Notes: generated from the letters alone by a model not told the origin. Shown: positions 41,935-53,039, counted from the stretch's first letter. The stretch: DNA of 64,000 nucleotides from an uncultured candidatus Porisulfidus sp. (GCA_965204575.1 OZ241993.1:1056001-1120000), one strand, 5' to 3'. Numbers and translations: made by a program.

Positions 41935-42313
41935 CCGAGGCCCTGGGCCCGGACGCGGAAGGCGGGGCCGCCAGGCAGGCGGAAACGGAAGAGGGCGTCG
42001 GCAGCGCCCTGCCCGAGGCGAGCAACTCACAAGTGCGGTGAATCAAGCGGCAGGCCTGCGGCTACCGCAGCCGCGAACGCGCCCGCCAAGCCATCTGCTT
42101 CCACCTCGGCGGGCCCGGCCTTTGTCCGGGACCTCCGTTCCAATTCCGTGAAGCCCCCCGCACATAGTCGGTCTCCATAGCGTATATAAGGATAAATGCA
42201 CACAGGCAATGAGGGCAATGAGGGTGCGCGTGGGTTAGGCAATAATGGTAAGATAATCCTGCACCTGAAATGGATACGGTGCCTTGTATGGATGATTTGT
42301 ACGGGAGAAGAAA

Positions 42314-42472
42314 ATGGAAGCATTTGATTGGGTTCTCGGCTCCGTACAGATTGTAATTTTAGGATTTTTGTGGACACTGCATAAGGACATGTCTCGTCTT
42401 GGTGAACGAGTAGCTAAGCTTGAAGGATTGTTTGAAGGATTTATTCGTACAGATAGAGAAAGCACCGCATAA
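42314..42472 (+). CDS. 52-aa membrane-anchored coiled-coil protein (not in ORF track)
   Basis: MEAFDWVLGSVQIVILGFLWTLHKDMSRLGERVAKLEGLFEGFIRTDRESTA; GGGAG SD. Confidence 0.7.
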   Translation: MEAFDWVLGSVQIVILGFLWTLHKDMSRLGERVAKLEGLFEGFIRTDRESTA

Positions 42473-42697
42473 TCACGAAGTCAATTCCTTGCAGGTGATG
42501 GTCTTGCCGGCCATCGCCCGGAACAGATCGTCCAGTCGGTCCTGAGTGTGCCGCTCGCAGTTGCCTGCGTTCAGGCGAAAGGTGGGCTCGTGACAGAGGG
42601 CAGATGGATGAACGAAGACAGCCGTGACGCCTGCGTGGGCCTTCAGTGGGCCTTCAGTCACGGTGTCGCGCTTGGCCCACAGGGTCCAGAGAGACAC
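42473..42697 (-). pseudogene. C-terminal remnant of an IS1595-family transposase
   Basis: TFRLNAGNCERHTQDRLDDLFRAMAGKTITCKELTS. Confidence 0.65.
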
Positions 42698-42804
42698 CGG
42701 AACGCTTTGGTGTAAATAGGATAAATGAAAATCTAAATTTCAAGTATCCTAAAACTACAGATCATTTTTCTGCTTTTCCCCGGAACCGGCCATGAGGGGA
42801 TACC

Positions 42805-45447
42805 CTATTCGCGCAGGGAGTCCCCGAGTTCCTTGATGTGCTGGCGCAGGGTATCGGAGATCTGCGTCTGCATCTTGGGGTCCCGGATCGGGCGGGACTT
42901 GGCGTCGGTCACGGTGAACACGTCCTGCACCTGCGCGCCCAGGGTCGTGATCCGCGCCTGGGTGATCCGGACCTGGCACGAGTCGAGGGCCCGGCTGACG
43001 GTCCACAGCAGGCCCGGGTGGTCGGAAGTCGAGAGGTTGATCCGGGTCTCGGGCGGGGTCTCGCGCTGCACGAATTCGATTTCGGTCGGGAGGTCGAAGT
43101 GCCGGGTCCGCCGTTTCGGTCGACGCAGCACCGGGCGGTCGAAGTCCCCCGGCGCCTGCGCCACGTTCTGCAGGGTGGTGCGCATTTCCTCCAGCGCATA
43201 GCGTTCGCTGATCGGATGACCGTCGACGTCGGTCACCAGGAAGGTCTGCAGGATGTGGTGGTCGCGGGTCTTGGTGATGCGCGCGTACAGCACGTTCGCG
43301 CCGAGCCGGGCGAGCGCCGCCGTGAGCGGGACGAACAGGCGGGCATGGCTTTCATCGTAGACCAGCACTTCCGTGCAGTGATGCACGCCCTGGTGGCGCA
43401 CGAACACCTGGGTCGGGATTCCGGGGTTGCGGCCGACAATGCACTCGGTCTGCCAGGCCAGTTCGTCGTCGGTGTAGTGCAGGAGGTCGCCGTCGGACAG
43501 GGAGTCCCAGAACCGGTGGCAGGCGGCCGGTTCGCCTTGGGAGACTTTCGCGAGTGCCGAAGTCTTGAGGTCGTCGATCTGCCGTGCCGCGTCGAACGGC
43601 CGGTCCAGGCCGCGCTGCAACTGCTGGTCGGTCGCGACGTACAGCTGGTACAACAGTGCTTCGCGCCAGGGCGTCCACAGCGCCGGGTTGGTGCCGCGCA
43701 GGTCGGCGACCGTCAGCAGGAAGAGGCCGCGCAGGCGAACCCCGTTTCCGACCAGCCCCGCGAACTGGCTCACCACGTCCGGGTCGCTGATATCGCGCTT
43801 CTGCGACGTCATCGACATCTGCAGGTGATGCTCGACCAGCCAGTGAACCATGCCGGCGTCGTAGGCGCTCAGATGGTGATTCAGGCAAAACTCCCGGGCG
43901 AGCCTGCTGCCGATGCTGGAATGGTCGCCGTCGCGCCCCTTGCCGATGTCGTGGAACAGGGCCGCGAGGTACAGCAGTTCGGGCTTGGGGAATTGCAGGA
44001 ACAGCTCGCGGTAGAGGGGGTTTTCGCCTTTCCGGACCGTCTTGGTGATATGCCGCAACTCGGTCAGCACCCGCAGGGTGTGCTCGTCCACCGGGTGGAT
44101 GTGGAACAGGTCGTACTGCATCATGCCGACCACCTTCGCGAAGTCCGGCCAGTACCGGCGCAGGACGCCGTAACGGTTCATGCGGCGCAGTTCGCGGGCG
44201 ACGTGCTGGGGCTGGCGCAGGATCTCCATGAACAGGCTCTTGGAGGCCAGCCGGGCGCGGAAGGCGTCGTCGATCCGATGCAGGCTGGCGCGGACCGACC
44301 GGATGGTGCGCGCCCGCACGCCCTCGATTTCGGGGTTTTGCTGCAGCAGCAGGAACAGTTCCAGAAGCCCTTGGGGGTGGCGCTCGAAGACCTGCTCGTT
44401 GCGGGTCTCCAGGTAGCCGTCCAGGGCCTGGAAATAGGCGTTCAGGGGCCTCGGGGCATTGCGGCTGGGCGGTTGCAGGCTCTCGCGGTACTGCTGGCCG
44501 AGCACTTCGGCGAGACGATCGATCTCGCTGGTCGTGCGGTAAAAGTCCTGCATGAACGACTCGACGGTATGGTTGACGGTGTCGCCCTGGTAGCCGAGCC
44601 GCTCGGCGATCGGGCGCTGGTAGTTGAACAGCAGGCGCTCTTCGGCCTGGCCGCTGGCCTCGTGCAGGGCGAAACGCACCCGCCACAGGAACCGCTCTCC
44701 CTCGTGCAGCAGTTCCAGTTCCTCCGGCTCGCAGAAGTCCGACGGGCTCTCGATGTCTTCGTGCCGCTTCAGGATCCAGTGCAGGGTCTGGATGTCGCGC
44801 AGTCCGCCGGGCCCCTCCTTGATGTTGGGCTCCAGCCGGTAGTTGCTGCCGCCGAACTGCCGGTGGCGGAATTCCTGCTCCGTGACCTTGCCTTGAAAGA
44901 ATTGCCCGTGGGTCCACAGGGGCGCCCGGAACAGCCCGATCCGGGGCACCAGGTTGCCTTCCAGGTCGCGGGCCAGCTTGGAACTCCCGCACAGGTGCCT
45001 CATCTCGAGCCAACTGGTCATCAGGGTGATATCGTCGCGGGCGTCCTGGCGGCACTGGTGAACGGTGCGCACGCTCTGCGACAACTTCAGCCCGCCGTCC
45101 CACAGGGCCTGGAAGAACGGGCCCAGTTCCTCCGGGGCGCGCCGCCCCCGGTACAGGGCCAGGATGTCGATATCGGAATAGGGGTGAAGTTCGCCCCGGC
45201 CGTAGCCGCCAACCGCGAGCAAAGCGAGATCCTCGACCTCATTCAACCGGTACTCGCGCCACAACACCTGCAGCATCCGGTCGATGAGTTCGGCCCGTGC
45301 GTGGATCAGTTCGGCAATGTCATGGTCCGGGAAGCGTTCCGACAGGAACTGCTGGATCGCCTCGGTCCACCGCTTCCAGCTTGCGGGGCCGGCATCCTGC
45401 GGCGAGGGATGCGCGTTGAGGCAGGCCTGGGCCAGGTCGGTTCTCAC
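42805..45447 (-). CDS. glnD: [Protein-PII] uridylyltransferase
   Basis: AVGGYGRGELHPYSDID, EPNIKEGPGGLRD, HPVDEH, LFHDIGKG, ACT domains; GTG overlaps map stop. Confidence 0.96.
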   Translation of the reverse strand: MRTDLAQACLNAHPSPQDAGPASWKRWTEAIQQFLSERFPDHDIAELIHARAELIDRMLQVLWREYRLNEVEDLALLAVGGYGRGELHPYSDIDILALYRGRRAPEELGPFFQALWDGGLKLSQSVRTVHQCRQDARDDITLMTSWLEMRHLCGSSKLARDLEGNLVPRIGLFRAPLWTHGQFFQGKVTEQEFRHRQFGGSNYRLEPNIKEGPGGLRDIQTLHWILKRHEDIESPSDFCEPEELELLHEGERFLWRVRFALHEASGQAEERLLFNYQRPIAERLGYQGDTVNHTVESFMQDFYRTTSEIDRLAEVLGQQYRESLQPPSRNAPRPLNAYFQALDGYLETRNEQVFERHPQGLLELFLLLQQNPEIEGVRARTIRSVRASLHRIDDAFRARLASKSLFMEILRQPQHVARELRRMNRYGVLRRYWPDFAKVVGMMQYDLFHIHPVDEHTLRVLTELRHITKTVRKGENPLYRELFLQFPKPELLYLAALFHDIGKGRDGDHSSIGSRLAREFCLNHHLSAYDAGMVHWLVEHHLQMSMTSQKRDISDPDVVSQFAGLVGNGVRLRGLFLLTVADLRGTNPALWTPWREALLYQLYVATDQQLQRGLDRPFDAARQIDDLKTSALAKVSQGEPAACHRFWDSLSDGDLLHYTDDELAWQTECIVGRNPGIPTQVFVRHQGVHHCTEVLVYDESHARLFVPLTAALARLGANVLYARITKTRDHHILQTFLVTDVDGHPISERYALEEMRTTLQNVAQAPGDFDRPVLRRPKRRTRHFDLPTEIEFVQRETPPETRINLSTSDHPGLLWTVSRALDSCQVRITQARITTLGAQVQDVFTVTDAKSRPIRDPKMQTQISDTLRQHIKELGDSLRE

Positions 45448-46214
45448 GGGAACCGTTCGTCGGGCCGGGCGGTCAGCACCTCGAAGCCGTCCCCGGTGAC
45501 CAGGATGGTGTGCTCCCACTGGGCCGACAGGCTGTGGTCGCACGTGACCACGGTCCACTGGTCCGGCAACAGCCGCACCTGCGGCATCCCGGCGTTGATC
45601 ATCGGTTCGACCGTGAAGGTCATCCCGGGCTTCAGCGCCATCCCGGTGCCGGCCTTGCCGTAGTGCAGGACTTGCGGGTCCTCGTGGAATTCGCGCCCGA
45701 TGCCATGGCCGCAGTATTCGCGCACCACGGACAGGTTGCGGGCCTCCGCGAAGCTCTGGATGGCATGGCCGAGGTCGCCGAGCTGGAGGCCCGGGCGCAC
45801 CAGGCAGATGGCCCGGTGCATCGCCTCGTAGGTCAGGTCGACCAGCCGGCGGGCCTGCACCGACGGCTTGCCGAGCAAAAACATGCGGCTGGTGTCGCCG
45901 TGGTAGCCGTCCTTGATGACGGTGACGTCGATGTTGAGGATATCGCCGCGCTTGAGCTTGCGGTCGGAGGGGATGCCGTGGCAGACCTGGTGGTTGAGCG
46001 TGGTGCAGACGGATTTCGGGAAGCCGAGGTAGTTCAGCGGGGCCGGGACGGCGTCCTGCTTCTCCGTGATGTGACGGTGGCACAGGTCGTTGAGGTAATC
46101 CGTGGTGACCCCGACCTTGACGTGCTCGGCGATCATTTCCAGCACTTCCGCGGCGAGGCGCCCGGCGGTACGCATCTTCTCCACTTCGTCGGAGGTTTTG
46201 ATGGTGACGGGCAT
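45444..46214 (-). CDS. map: Methionine aminopeptidase
   Basis: CHGIP, NIDVT..DGYHGDTSR, GHGIG..FHEDP, EPMIN, SAQWEHT. Confidence 0.98.
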   Translation of the reverse strand: MPVTIKTSDEVEKMRTAGRLAAEVLEMIAEHVKVGVTTDYLNDLCHRHITEKQDAVPAPLNYLGFPKSVCTTLNHQVCHGIPSDRKLKRGDILNIDVTVIKDGYHGDTSRMFLLGKPSVQARRLVDLTYEAMHRAICLVRPGLQLGDLGHAIQSFAEARNLSVVREYCGHGIGREFHEDPQVLHYGKAGTGMALKPGMTFTVEPMINAGMPQVRLLPDQWTVVTCDHSLSAQWEHTILVTGDGFEVLTARPDERFP

Positions 46215-46368
46215 GGCGGCGTGTGCGTCGGGAATCGTTTGGCGGCGGGGTTCCTATTATGGGCTATCGGGTCGTCAGGCGTGCGGCTGAGAGCTGCCTG
46301 TGTGGGAGGACAAGCGTGCAATTATGTTAGAATTATAGATATATTTCTGACATTTTTCCAGGAAAGCC

Positions 46369-46965
46369 ATGAAGAGCCTTCCGAAACGCATCATGGAGCA
46401 TGCGCAATCCCTGCCGGAAGCGGCGCCGCTGTGCGCGGGCGCCCTGCTGCACCTGGGCAACCGGGCCGCGGTCGACCAGTCGCTGTCGCGCCTGGCGAAG
46501 TCCGGGAAACTCTTGCGGGTCTGTCAGGGAGTCTATGTGCGACCCATTGAAACGCGCTTCGGCCTGCGCAACCCCTCTACCAGGCAGGCTGTCCGGGCGC
46601 TTTCGGAATTGTGGGGAGAAACTGTGGTCCCATGTGGCGGGGGAGCCGCCAGTGCCCTCGGCTTGACGACCCAGAATCCCGTCCAGTCGGTTTACCTGAC
46701 TTCGGGGGCTGACCGCGAGCTACGGTTCGGGGCCCTGTCCGTGCTGTGGCGCCACGCTCCGCGCTGGCAACTGGTCGCGCCGAACCGGCTGGCCGGCGCC
46801 GTCGTTCGGGCGCTGTCCTGGCTGCATCGCGAAGAGGCGGAAGAGGCGCTCAGGCAAGTCCTGCCCAATCTTTCCGAAGAGGACAAGGCCGAATTGCTCG
46901 AGGTTCGGGCGGTTATTCCGACTTGGATGGCGCAGGCCGTCAGCGAGGTGGTGGCCGGTGGCTGA
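46369..46965 (+). CDS. AbiEi-like (DUF6088-type) antitoxin
   Basis: LHLGNRAAVDQSLSRL..RVCQGVY..GLTTQNP..YLTSG. Confidence 0.78.
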   Translation: MKSLPKRIMEHAQSLPEAAPLCAGALLHLGNRAAVDQSLSRLAKSGKLLRVCQGVYVRPIETRFGLRNPSTRQAVRALSELWGETVVPCGGGAASALGLTTQNPVQSVYLTSGADRELRFGALSVLWRHAPRWQLVAPNRLAGAVVRALSWLHREEAEEALRQVLPNLSEEDKAELLEVRAVIPTWMAQAVSEVVAGG

Positions 46966-47062
46966 AACTTTTCTCCGTCTCTTGTCGGACGATGATCGGC
47001 GAGACCTTCTGGACCTTGTTGCAGGAATGCACGCGCGGTCTGACCATGTAGCACCTTTTTAG
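46958..47062 (+). pseudogene. Truncated AbiEii-type toxin N-terminus
   Basis: GTG overlaps the antitoxin end; MAETFLRLLSDDDRRDLL.. stops after 34 codons. Confidence 0.55.
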
Positions 47063-47070
47063 ACATCACT

Positions 47071-47091
47071 TGATGTATAATTTATGCATCA
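47071..47091. promoter_or_regulatory. Palindromic operator with TATAAT upstream of vapB
   Basis: TGATGTATAA-T-TTATGCATCA, 1 mismatch. Confidence 0.65.
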
Positions 47092-47110
47092 TTCCCGGAT
47101 GGAGGCCGGC

Positions 47111-47314
47111 ATGCGAACGACCCTGAACATCGACGAGACCCTGCTGGCGCAGGCGCGGCTGCTCACCGACATCGAGTCGAAATCGAAGTTGGTGCGCGAG
47201 GCGCTGAGGGCGCTGGTGGAGCGGGAGAGTGCCCGCCGGCTCGCGAAACTGGGTGGCAGCCAGCCTGAACTTCTGGACGTTCCGCGCCGCCGTCTCGCCG
47301 ATGATCCTGGTTGA
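47111..47314 (+). CDS. vapB: VapB antitoxin
   Basis: MRTTLNIDETLL..LVREALRALVERESARRLAKLGGS; GGAGG SD. Confidence 0.92.
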   Translation: MRTTLNIDETLLAQARLLTDIESKSKLVREALRALVERESARRLAKLGGSQPELLDVPRRRLADDPG

Positions 47315-47672
47315 CACCTCGGTCTGGGTCGAGCATTTCCGCGTCGGCAACGAGGCGCTGGTCCGCCTGCTCGATGAACATCAGGTGTGGGTCCATCCGT
47401 TCGTAATCGGCGAGGTCGCCTGCGGCAACCTCGAGGATCGCAAGGAAATTCTGTCGGGGCTCACGCATCTTCCCGCGGTGCCGGTGGCGACGCATTCCGA
47501 GGTGCTGTTCTTCTTGGAGCGGAACCGGTTGGCAGGGCTCGGCATCGGCTACATCGACCTGCACTTGCTGGCGTCGGCATCGCTGGCGCCGCCGATGCGG
47601 CTGTGGACGCGGGACCGGCGTCTCGGGACGGTGGCGGACGGCATGGATTGCGCTTATGGACGCCACCACTAG
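47301..47672 (+). CDS. vapC: PIN-domain (VapC) toxin
   Basis: MILVDTSVWVEH..HPFVIGE..GIGYIDLHLLAS..LWTRDRRL. Confidence 0.92.
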   Translation: MILVDTSVWVEHFRVGNEALVRLLDEHQVWVHPFVIGEVACGNLEDRKEILSGLTHLPAVPVATHSEVLFFLERNRLAGLGIGYIDLHLLASASLAPPMRLWTRDRRLGTVADGMDCAYGRHH

Positions 47673-47752
47673 GGCAAAGGATTTGACATGCATGTTCTAC
47701 AATATGCTCCGTACAGTTACATAGACCCGTCAACCGTGCTGGAATAGGGCAG

Positions 47753-49258
47753 ATGACCGCTGAAGTCAGGCTTCAAACAGAAAATACGGCTCCATTATCA
47801 GCGGTGGATCAAACCCGTCTAGAAATATCAAAGCGCACCGACACGGAAAAGAAATCATGCCTTGGGCAGTTTCTAACACCTGCGAGCACGGCCACATTTA
47901 TGGCAGGACTTTTCCCTCGATCTCAAGGGGAATGCCGCTTGCTTGACGCTGGAGCCGGAATTGGTTCTCTCTCAAGTGCGTTTTTGGAAAGGTGCGCAAA
48001 TGGAGGAATGAAATTTGATGCAATCCGGATTACAGCATTTGAAATTGACCCTGCAATCCGGGATGAACTGCGGCGTTCTTTGTCCTACTACACCGGGAAG
48101 TGTCCTCTATCCTATGAAATCCTCAGCGAGGATTTCGTAGAAGAAGCAGTCAATTCGATCCAGTTTCAAAAATGCAATTTCACGCACTCTATTCTGAATC
48201 CTCCCTACAAGAAAGTCCGCAGTAATTCCAGGTGCCGGGAACTTACGCGCCAAGTTGGGATTGAGACCGTCAACCTTTATTCCACATTCGTGGCCTTGGC
48301 CATCGCACTGACCCAACTGAATGGACAGGTTGTGGCAATTATCCCTCGCAGTTTCTGCAATGGGCCTTACTATCGCCCTTTCCGTGAATTCATTTTTGCC
48401 CACACTGCCATCCGGCATATACACCTATTCGCATCCCGAGACAGGGCTTTCAGGGATGATGATGTGCTTCAGGAGACGATCATTATTCGGCTCGAACGAG
48501 GGGCCAAACAAGGGCCCGTAACGATTTCTACTTCAACCGACAACACTTTTGCTGACCTGACCGAACACACTTATCCGTTTGAGCAAATCGTACAGCCAGA
48601 TAATCCCGAAGGGTTTATCCATATTCCCACTTCTTCCGCCACGACCGCGGATCTCCCGCCGACCGTCCACCACACGCTGGATGAATTGGGCATCAAGGTT
48701 TCCACTGGACCCGTAGTGGACTTTCGATTGAGGGAGCACCTGCGCGAAGTGCCAGGCCCGGGCTGTGCCCCCTTGCTCTATCCTGGTCACTTTAGCAATG
48801 GCAGTATCACATGGCCTGCTACCGGAGAGAAGAAATTAAATGCTATTAGGCGCAGCGCAGATACTGAAAAATGGCTATATCCCTGCGGATTCTATTGTGT
48901 GGTCAGGCGCTTTTCATCCAAGGAAGAAAAGCGTCGAGTCGTAGCCAGCGTGGTCGATCCTAGTCCATTTGGCGATGCGGAAGCACTCGGTTTTGAGAAT
49001 CACCTGAACCTGTTCCACGAAAACAAGCGCAGCCTGCCACAAGCTCTTGCACACGGTCTCGCCGTTTTCCTGAATTCAACTCTTGTCGATGACTATTTCA
49101 GACGTTTCAGTGGACACACCCAAGTTAATGCCACGGATCTGAAGTTCATGAAATATCCGAGTCGAGGCATGTTGCTTAAGCTTGGCAAATGGGCCATGCG
49201 GAATAGGAGAATCACTCAAGCCATGCTTGATGATCGGGTTCATGCGCTCCTCACATGA
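47753..49258 (+). CDS. Gamma-class adenine methyltransferase, BsuBI/PstI-like
   Basis: LGQFLTP, LLDAGAGIG, ILNPPYKK, STGPVVDFR, FSGHTQVNATDL. Confidence 0.9.
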   Translation: MTAEVRLQTENTAPLSAVDQTRLEISKRTDTEKKSCLGQFLTPASTATFMAGLFPRSQGECRLLDAGAGIGSLSSAFLERCANGGMKFDAIRITAFEIDPAIRDELRRSLSYYTGKCPLSYEILSEDFVEEAVNSIQFQKCNFTHSILNPPYKKVRSNSRCRELTRQVGIETVNLYSTFVALAIALTQLNGQVVAIIPRSFCNGPYYRPFREFIFAHTAIRHIHLFASRDRAFRDDDVLQETIIIRLERGAKQGPVTISTSTDNTFADLTEHTYPFEQIVQPDNPEGFIHIPTSSATTADLPPTVHHTLDELGIKVSTGPVVDFRLREHLREVPGPGCAPLLYPGHFSNGSITWPATGEKKLNAIRRSADTEKWLYPCGFYCVVRRFSSKEEKRRVVASVVDPSPFGDAEALGFENHLNLFHENKRSLPQALAHGLAVFLNSTLVDDYFRRFSGHTQVNATDLKFMKYPSRGMLLKLGKWAMRNRRITQAMLDDRVHALLT

Positions 49259-50205
49259 GGGACATAAACGACCATCTTCAAGCAGCACAGGAAATCATCA
49301 TCTTCCTAGGTTTGCCAAAAGCTCAGCAGAACGAGCGCTCAGCATTATGCTTGTTGGCGTTGTTGAACTTGACCCCGGAGAAGACCTGGGCCGAAGCAGA
49401 AAGTCCATACATGGGCATCACTCCCATCATGGATTGGGCGAGGGAACATTACGGGAGGGGCTATGCACCGAACACTCGGGAGACATTTCGACGTCAAACG
49501 GTGCACCAGTTTTGTGATGCGGGGGTCGCCTTGCGCAATCCGGATGAACCTGATCGTCCGGTGAATAGCCCCAGGACAGTCTATCAGGTGGCGCCCGCCA
49601 TCTTGGATTTGTTGCGCTTGTACGAAACTTCTGCATGGGATGATGCCCTGATCTCCTACCGGGAAAAGCATCAAACGCTCATAAAGCAATATGAGAAAGA
49701 GCGCAAGCATAAGCGTATTCTCGTCAAGATTTCACCAGACCAAGAGATGACTTTCAGCCCAGGCAATCACAGTAAGCTTATTCGAGACGTTATAGAGGAA
49801 TTTGCTCCACGTTTTGCGCCAGGAAGCGTTTTGGTTTACGCCGGTGACACCGGCAACAAGTGGGCTTATTGTGATACTGCCCTTATGGGCGAACTCGGTA
49901 TTGATGTTGATTTGCACGGCAAGATGCCTGACGTGATATTGCACTATGCAAAAAAAGATTGGCTTTTTCTAGTCGAAGCGGTTACCAGCCATGGACCGGT
50001 AGATGGCAAGCGCTATGAAGAATTGGCCGAACTCTGTTCTGGGGTCAAAGCCGATCTGGTATATGTAACGGCCTTCCCTGACCGCTCCTCCATGCGGAAG
50101 TTTCTTCCTGAAATTGCTTGGGAAACAGAAGCTTGGGTCGCTGATTCTCCGTCCCACCTGATGCATTTCAATGGTACTCGTTTTCTTGGCCCTCATGACG
50201 GGTGA
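49255..50205 (+). CDS. BsuBI/PstI-family type II restriction endonuclease
   Basis: YAPNTRETFRRQTVHQF, HGKMPDV, EAVTSHGP, IAWETEAW..HFNG.RFLGP. Confidence 0.9.
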   Translation: MRDINDHLQAAQEIIIFLGLPKAQQNERSALCLLALLNLTPEKTWAEAESPYMGITPIMDWAREHYGRGYAPNTRETFRRQTVHQFCDAGVALRNPDEPDRPVNSPRTVYQVAPAILDLLRLYETSAWDDALISYREKHQTLIKQYEKERKHKRILVKISPDQEMTFSPGNHSKLIRDVIEEFAPRFAPGSVLVYAGDTGNKWAYCDTALMGELGIDVDLHGKMPDVILHYAKKDWLFLVEAVTSHGPVDGKRYEELAELCSGVKADLVYVTAFPDRSSMRKFLPEIAWETEAWVADSPSHLMHFNGTRFLGPHDG

Positions 50206-50315
50206 CCAACTGTAAGCCCACGGTGGTTTTGAGTTGTTCGACCTCGGTCCGGAAGACTATAGTAACTAGATGACAAGAATTTGCATGGTGTATTCCCGAT
50301 TGATTTCTTGAAACC

Positions 50316-50732
50316 TTATTGATTAAGAGAGAAGAAAGTTCTCACTGACCACAGAAGGCCTAGAATGTAAAAGGTATGTGAACCAAACAGGAGCAAACCT
50401 GCCCTTGTGAAAGTTCTGCTGAGACGTTTACCGATTCGTTCTATTTCTTCTTCATTCTCCCGTATAGGGTCTGTACAGGCAAATAGGCTGTAAGTGTAGG
50501 ACATGTACATGTAGGCAAACGACATAACCGCAAATAGAGCACCAATCCCAAATAAGAGAAGGGAAACAGCAAAATCGGATACACTGCCATGCCCCTCTGC
50601 AACTAAATGGGCAAGGAAGGCCAAAAGAGCGAAAGCTGCGGCGCCGTTTATGATGAAAGCAGACTTTACAGCATCTCTATTAGGATCAATAAACCTGCGG
50701 AACATTTTTTCTAAATTGATTTCTTTGGACAT
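50316..50732 (-). CDS. Low-GC membrane protein of unknown function
   Basis: Three hydrophobic segments, INGAAAFALLAF; AAGGAG SD. Confidence 0.7.
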   Translation of the reverse strand: MSKEINLEKMFRRFIDPNRDAVKSAFIINGAAAFALLAFLAHLVAEGHGSVSDFAVSLLLFGIGALFAVMSFAYMYMSYTYSLFACTDPIRENEEEIERIGKRLSRTFTRAGLLLFGSHTFYILGLLWSVRTFFSLNQ

Positions 50733-50892
50733 GTGTCGACTCCTTTTGCAATAGTTGTGGTGGGAAAGGATAGCAACCCTGCTCCCTAGCTTTCCACTTA
50801 CTTTTTACAAAAGCAAAAAGTAAGTGTCAACCAAAATCTGTCAACTAAACTGATCGCGTCAAATTTCCTGATTATGGCTAGTCTTTGCCATG

Positions 50893-51047
50893 TATAATGC
50901 GCGTCCGCAGGCTCGCCTGCGAAAATTCGCGTCCGGATCGACACGAGCGGTGGGTGCCCCCAGGGTTGCCGCGAGGGGTCCGGGCAAGTTGACAACCCGC
51001 AAGGCTTCGGAACTTGACAGCCCGGAGCCGCCATCAGGAGGGCCGCA
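50893..51047 (+). promoter_or_regulatory. rpsB promoter and structured leader
   Basis: TATAAT at 50893 followed by GCGCG discriminator; ATCGACAC..GGGTGCC..GGGT elements resembling gammaproteobacterial rpsB leaders. Confidence 0.55.
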
Positions 51048-52139
51048 ATGCCGTGTGCCACCTTGCGTAAGATGCTGGAAGCCGGTGTCCATTTCGGACA
51101 TCAGACCCGGTACTGGAACCCCAGCATGGCGCCGTACATCTTCGGCGAGCGCAACAAAATCCACATCATCAATCTCGAAATCACCCAGCGCATGCTGGAC
51201 GAGGCCGCCGAACAGGTGCGCCAGTGGGCCGCCGAGGGCAAGACGATCCTGATCGTCGGCACCAAGCGGGCGGCTCAAGACATCGTCAAGTCCAAGGCCG
51301 AGAAGTGCGGGATGCCGTACGTCTCGCAGCGCTGGCTGGGCGGGACGCTGACCAACTTCCATACCGTGCGCAACTCCATCAAGCGCCTGCAGGACCTCAA
51401 GCGCATGGAGGGCGAGAACCTGTTGGCGCGCGTCAGCAAGAAGGAGGCGTTGCGCCTGACCCGCGAAAAGCTCAAGCTGGAGCGCAGCCTGGGCGGCATC
51501 GAGGACATGGAGCGGCTGCCGGACGCCCTGTTCGTGATTGATGTCCGCTACGAGAACATCGCGGTGCGCGAGGCCCGCCGCCTGGACATCCCGGTGGTTG
51601 CGGTGGTCGACAGCAACAGCTCGATCGAAGGCATCGACCGGATCATCCCGGGCAACGACGACGCGATCCGCTCGATCCGGCTCTACATGGACGTGATCAG
51701 CAATGCGATTCAGGAAGGGAGCAAGCAGGCGGAGGAAGAAGGGGTCGCGGTGGAAGCGCCCGCTCCCCGGGAGCCTGCCGTGAAGCGCAAGGGCCGGCGG
51801 ACCAAGCTGCGCGTCGAGCCGAAGGGAGACTCGCAACCGGAGGAGGCCGCCGACGAGGCGGCGCCCGAACCCGAGGCTGCGGCGGTGGAGGATTCGGGGG
51901 ATTCCGCCGAGCCGGCTGAAGAGGACGCCCAGGCTGAAGCGGCCGGGAATGGGGCTGAAACCGGGCCGGCTGAAGAGGCAACCCAGGCCGAAGCGGCCGG
52001 GAATGGAACCGAGGCCGAGGCGGCTGCGGTGGAGGAGCCGGCCGAAGCCCCGGCGGCGGCCGAGGCTGAACCCGAACCCGAACCCGAACCTGAGCCTGAG
52101 GCCGAGCCTGAGCCTGAGGCCGAGACGGCGGCCAAGTAA
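51048..52139 (+). CDS. rpsB: 30S ribosomal protein S2 with long acidic tail
   Basis: [35 protein letters not shown]. Confidence 0.98.
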   Translation: MPCATLRKMLEAGVHFGHQTRYWNPSMAPYIFGERNKIHIINLEITQRMLDEAAEQVRQWAAEGKTILIVGTKRAAQDIVKSKAEKCGMPYVSQRWLGGTLTNFHTVRNSIKRLQDLKRMEGENLLARVSKKEALRLTREKLKLERSLGGIEDMERLPDALFVIDVRYENIAVREARRLDIPVVAVVDSNSSIEGIDRIIPGNDDAIRSIRLYMDVISNAIQEGSKQAEEEGVAVEAPAPREPAVKRKGRRTKLRVEPKGDSQPEEAADEAAPEPEAAAVEDSGDSAEPAEEDAQAEAAGNGAETGPAEEATQAEAAGNGTEAEAAAVEEPAEAPAAAEAEPEPEPEPEPEAEPEPEAETAAK

Positions 52140-52163
52140 GCGGACGGAACCGAGGAGTCATTC

Positions 52164-53039
52164 ATGGAGATCATGGCACAGCTCGTCAAGGAATTGCGCA
52201 CCCGGACCGGGGTGGGCATGATGGAATGCAAGCGTGCGCTCAGCGAGTGCGGCGGCGATATCGACGCCGCCATCCAGCACCTGCGCACGTCCGGGCAGAT
52301 GAAGGCGGACAAGAAGTCCGCCCGCACGGCGGCGGAAGGCTCGCTGGCCCTTGCAAAGTCGGGAGACGGCGCCCGGGCGCTGCTCCTGGAACTGAACAGC
52401 GAGACGGATTTCGTTGCCAAGGACGAAGGTTTCCTGGCGTTCGCCCAGACCTGCGCCGAGGCCGCGCTGTCGTCGGGGACCGACGATGTCGAGGCCCTGA
52501 TGAACCAGACCGTCGACGGCGGCACGCTTGATGAGACGCGCCGGGAACTGGTGGCTCGCCTGGGCGAGAACATCCAGGCCCGTCGCCTGCAGGGCCTTGA
52601 TGCCGACGGTGCCTCGATCGCCTGCTACATGCATGGGCGGCGAATCGGCGTGCTGGTGGCGTTCGACGGCGAGCCCGAGCTGGGCCGCGACCTGGCCATG
52701 CATATCGCGGCATCCCGCCCGGTATGCGTGAGCGAAGACGAAGTCCCGGAAGACCTCCTGGAGAAAGAGCGGGAAGTCCTGACCGCTCAGGCGCAGGAAT
52801 CCGGCAAGCCGCCGGAGATCATCGAGAAGATGATTGCCGGCCGTCTGCGCAAGTACCTGTCCGAGATCACGCTGCTGGGCCAGCCTTTCGTCAAGGATCC
52901 GGACGTCACGGTCGGCAAGTTGCTCCAGTCGAAGAATGCTTCGGTCCGGGCGTTCACGCGCCTGGAAGTCGGCGAGGGGGTCGAGAAGAAGCAGGAAAAC
53001 TTCGCCGAGGAAGTTCGAGCCCAGGCCGAGAAACACTGA
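52164..53039 (+). CDS. tsf: Elongation factor Ts
   Basis: [27 protein letters not shown]. Confidence 0.98.
   Translation: MEIMAQLVKELRTRTGVGMMECKRALSECGGDIDAAIQHLRTSGQMKADKKSARTAAEGSLALAKSGDGARALLLELNSETDFVAKDEGFLAFAQTCAEAALSSGTDDVEALMNQTVDGGTLDETRRELVARLGENIQARRLQGLDADGASIACYMHGRRIGVLVAFDGEPELGRDLAMHIAASRPVCVSEDEVPEDLLEKEREVLTAQAQESGKPPEIIEKMIAGRLRKYLSEITLLGQPFVKDPDVTVGKLLQSKNASVRAFTRLEVGEGVEKKQENFAEEVRAQAEKH

Noticed and set aside
42838-45663. 941-aa plus-strand ORF, and similar long shadows over thrS, pheT, dapE and bamA
   Set aside because: Antisense to well-supported core genes in high-GC DNA
42805-46083. 1092-aa version of glnD and extended starts for era, rseP, arsC and pdxJ
   Set aside because: Extensions overlap neighbouring genes; homology begins at the downstream starts given
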